Assembly: GCA_964394055.1 (NCBI GenBank)
Contig: CAYMWT010000001.1
Coordinates: forward strand, 1 to 35,951
Direction of reading: 5' to 3'
Source of the DNA: an uncultured Oscillospiraceae bacterium
GTDB taxonomy: Bacteria > Bacillota > Clostridia > Oscillospirales > Oscillospiraceae
Length of the DNA: 35,951 nucleotides
The notes under the pieces are model-generated. The model was not told where the DNA came from. It saw only the letters and a program-made list of their open reading frames with translations, and ran no database searches. Position numbers and translations under genes: made by a program. Within the stretch, counting starts at the first letter, position 1. Every line of letters begins with the position of its first letter. Below, piece after piece: positions 34,156 to 35,951 of the stretch.

Positions 34156-35315
34156 TTTACTTTACTCCCATAGCTTCCGGCGGTATCCATCACCACGTCG
34201 CTTTCCTCCTTATGACGGGAACCGGCACGGCGGATATTCAGCAATTTCAGGAACGCCTCTTCGTCAATGGGCAGCTCCACCGTCTCCCCTTTCCATCCAG
34301 ACAGGTGGATCGCGTTGGAAAGCATCAGGCCCCGGATTCCTTCCCGGCCATCCGCCACCAGGGGGCCGCCGTTTTCGATATGGTCGGCAAAGGCGTTCAG
34401 TACCCCCACATGCTGGGGATTTTCGCCGTCTGTCTCTACCGAAACGCGCTCCACAGGGGGCTTTTCAAAGCCCTGCTGGCAGGTGCCGCACCAGGTGCGC
34501 TCATCCTGCGCTAAGCGCCAGAAGGTAAGCTCGTCATTCTCGCACACCAGCTTGCCCAGGGTTCCGGTCACCTCCAGCCGGTTGGTGCCCGGGGCGTCTC
34601 CCGTCGTTGTGATGAACACACCCGTGGCGCCGTTGGGATACTCCAGATAGGCGGTTACGTCGTCCTCCACCTCAATATCATGCCATTTTCCCTCATGGCA
34701 GAAGGCCCGCACCCTGGAGGGCAGACCAAAGAGCCATTGCATCAGATCCATCTGGTGAGGGCACTGGTTCAGCAGCACGCCACCGCCCTCTCCGGCCCAG
34801 GTCGCCCGCCACGCGCCGGAATCATAGTAAAACTGGGTGCGATACCAGTCCGTCACGATCCAGTTGATCCGCTTGATCTGGCCCAGCTCGCCGCCGTCCA
34901 GCATCTGCTTCAGCTTCCGGTAGACGCAGTTGGTTCTCTGGTTGAACATCATGCCGAAGGTCAGCTCCGGATGGGCGTCCGCGGCATCGTTCATCTCCCG
35001 AACCTGCAAGGTATAGACTCCTGCCGGTTTTTCGCACATCACATGCAGGCCCGCTTCAAACGCCTCCTTCGCAAGCCCTGGATGCTGGTAGTGGGGCGTG
35101 GCAATCAGCACGGCATCGCACAGGCCGCTGTGGATCAGATCGGAGCCTTCCGTGAAAATCGCTGCCCCGGGGATCTGCTCCCGCACCCAGGTTCGACGGC
35201 TCTCCCGCCGGTCAGCAGCCGCTGTGACCTCCAGCCGGGGACATTTCCCGGCCAGAATGTTTCGGATATGGGCGCTGCCCATATTACCGCATCCAATGAT
35301 TCCCAGGCGTACCAT
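34152..35315 (-). CDS. Gfo/Idh/MocA family oxidoreductase
   Basis: RLGIIGCGNMG, AVLIATPHYQH, HVMCEKP, MFNQR, GGGVLLNQCPHQMD, VEDD motifs. Confidence 0.95.
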   Translation of the reverse strand: MVRLGIIGCGNMGSAHIRNILAGKCPRLEVTAAADRRESRRTWVREQIPGAAIFTEGSDLIHSGLCDAVLIATPHYQHPGLAKEAFEAGLHVMCEKPAGVYTLQVREMNDAADAHPELTFGMMFNQRTNCVYRKLKQMLDGGELGQIKRINWIVTDWYRTQFYYDSGAWRATWAGEGGGVLLNQCPHQMDLMQWLFGLPSRVRAFCHEGKWHDIEVEDDVTAYLEYPNGATGVFITTTGDAPGTNRLEVTGTLGKLVCENDELTFWRLAQDERTWCGTCQQGFEKPPVERVSVETDGENPQHVGVLNAFADHIENGGPLVADGREGIRGLMLSNAIHLSGWKGETVELPIDEEAFLKLLNIRRAGSRHKEESDVVMDTAGSYGSKVK

Positions 35316-35317
35316 AT

Positions 35318-35951
35318 TTATGCCTCCTTCACCTTTGTCAGCAAATGGCGAACCGCCTCACAGGCGGCATGGAACGCTTCCCGCTGGCTGGGATAGATCT
35401 CATGATGCCGCACGACCTCCTGCTGCAGCTTACCCAGGCCCTCAAATACCGTCAGGTGCGGCTCGATGGTCAGCAGCAGCTCGCCGCTGCGCTTCCGGTT
35501 CAGGCGGCGGAGGATCTCCTCCACGTTACCGTCGCCATACCCCGCCCGTACCACCGCGCCGTCCGCGGACAGCGCGTCCTTGATGTGCAGGTAGGAAATC
35601 CGGTCGTGGAGCCGGTCAAAGGCCTTCAGGGTATCCACGCCGCACTGGACGAAGTTGGCCGGATCGAAAATAAAGCCCATCCGGTCACCGAAGCGCTCCA
35701 GAAGGAAGGCGCAGTTTTCGGTGTTGTAGCCGAAAATTCCCTTTTCATTCTCGTGCATCAGGTGCACGCCGGCCTTGTCAGCCTCGTCCAGCATTTGCTC
35801 CAGACGGGCGGCCACTTCCTCTTTATACTGATCAGTGTCCATGCCCTCCGGCATAAAGAAGCTGAACATCCGCATCTGGGTACAGCCAAGGTGCTGACAC
35901 AGCGCCAGGCCGTGACGGAACTGCCCAAGATGGGGAGCAAAGGGTTCCTCA
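35318..35951 (-). CDS. Sugar phosphate isomerase/epimerase (TIM barrel), 5' part outside the window
   Basis: Frame stays open upstream of the ORF-track Met (EEPFAPHLGQFRHGLALCQHLGCTQMRMFSFF); HENEKGIFG, FDPANF, HIKD, G.GDG, IEPHL motifs. Confidence 0.88.
   Translation of the reverse strand, partial: EEPFAPHLGQFRHGLALCQHLGCTQMRMFSFFMPEGMDTDQYKEEVAARLEQMLDEADKAGVHLMHENEKGIFGYNTENCAFLLERFGDRMGFIFDPANFVQCGVDTLKAFDRLHDRISYLHIKDALSADGAVVRAGYGDGNVEEILRRLNRKRSGELLLTIEPHLTVFEGLGKLQQEVVRHHEIYPSQREAFHAACEAVRHLLTKVKEA

Noticed and set aside
163-35583. Many long plus-strand ORFs (e.g. 1703-2935, 5462-6793, 9025-10782, 16024-17619, 20144-21691, 30374-32008)
   Set aside because: They are antisense shadows of well-supported minus-strand genes, have no recognisable motifs, and are expected in moderately GC-rich coding DNA.
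1-35951. CRISPR arrays, tRNA/rRNA, riboswitches, integrases, microcompartment shell genes
   Set aside because: No repeat-spacer pattern or such genes seen; intergenic gaps are short and explained by promoters and terminators. A covariance-model search was not run.

Overview
A 36 kb accessory catabolic region, most likely from an anaerobic Firmicute (Clostridia-like sigma-A promoters, Shine-Dalgarno sites and a lipoprotein substrate-binding protein). Every credible gene lies on the minus strand, so transcription runs right to left through four blocks. (1) End of a sugar epimerase / Gfo-Idh-MocA oxidoreductase operon, with a deleted remnant of a second oxidoreductase and a terminator. (2) A three-gene unit: radical-SAM activase, a short atypical glycyl radical enzyme (CWE Cys loop, RVWGWS Gly loop) and a cytoplasmic GH129/DUF5696-like hydrolase. 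(3) A ~20 kb unit: Opp/Dpp-type ABC importer, amidohydrolase, stand-alone SdhA/NadB-like flavoprotein, an AllH-AllF-small peptide-AllG (DUF2877-FdrA-DUF1116) complex followed by a divergent acetate-kinase-family enzyme instead of the usual carbamate kinase, DHDPS-like aldolase, IlvD/Edd dehydratase, SDR, YesN/YesM-like two-component system and aldose epimerase. (4) An RpiR regulator and an operon of ADPS/GlcD-like flavoprotein, Fe-S protein, EtfBA, IolB, FGGY kinase and the start of a probable Ldh_2 dehydrogenase. No RNA genes, CRISPR arrays or mobile elements were seen. The best candidates for undescribed biology are the AllFGH-like/acyl-kinase sugar-acid operon and the GRE-glycoside hydrolase unit. 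Family assignments come from motif recognition only; no searches were run.
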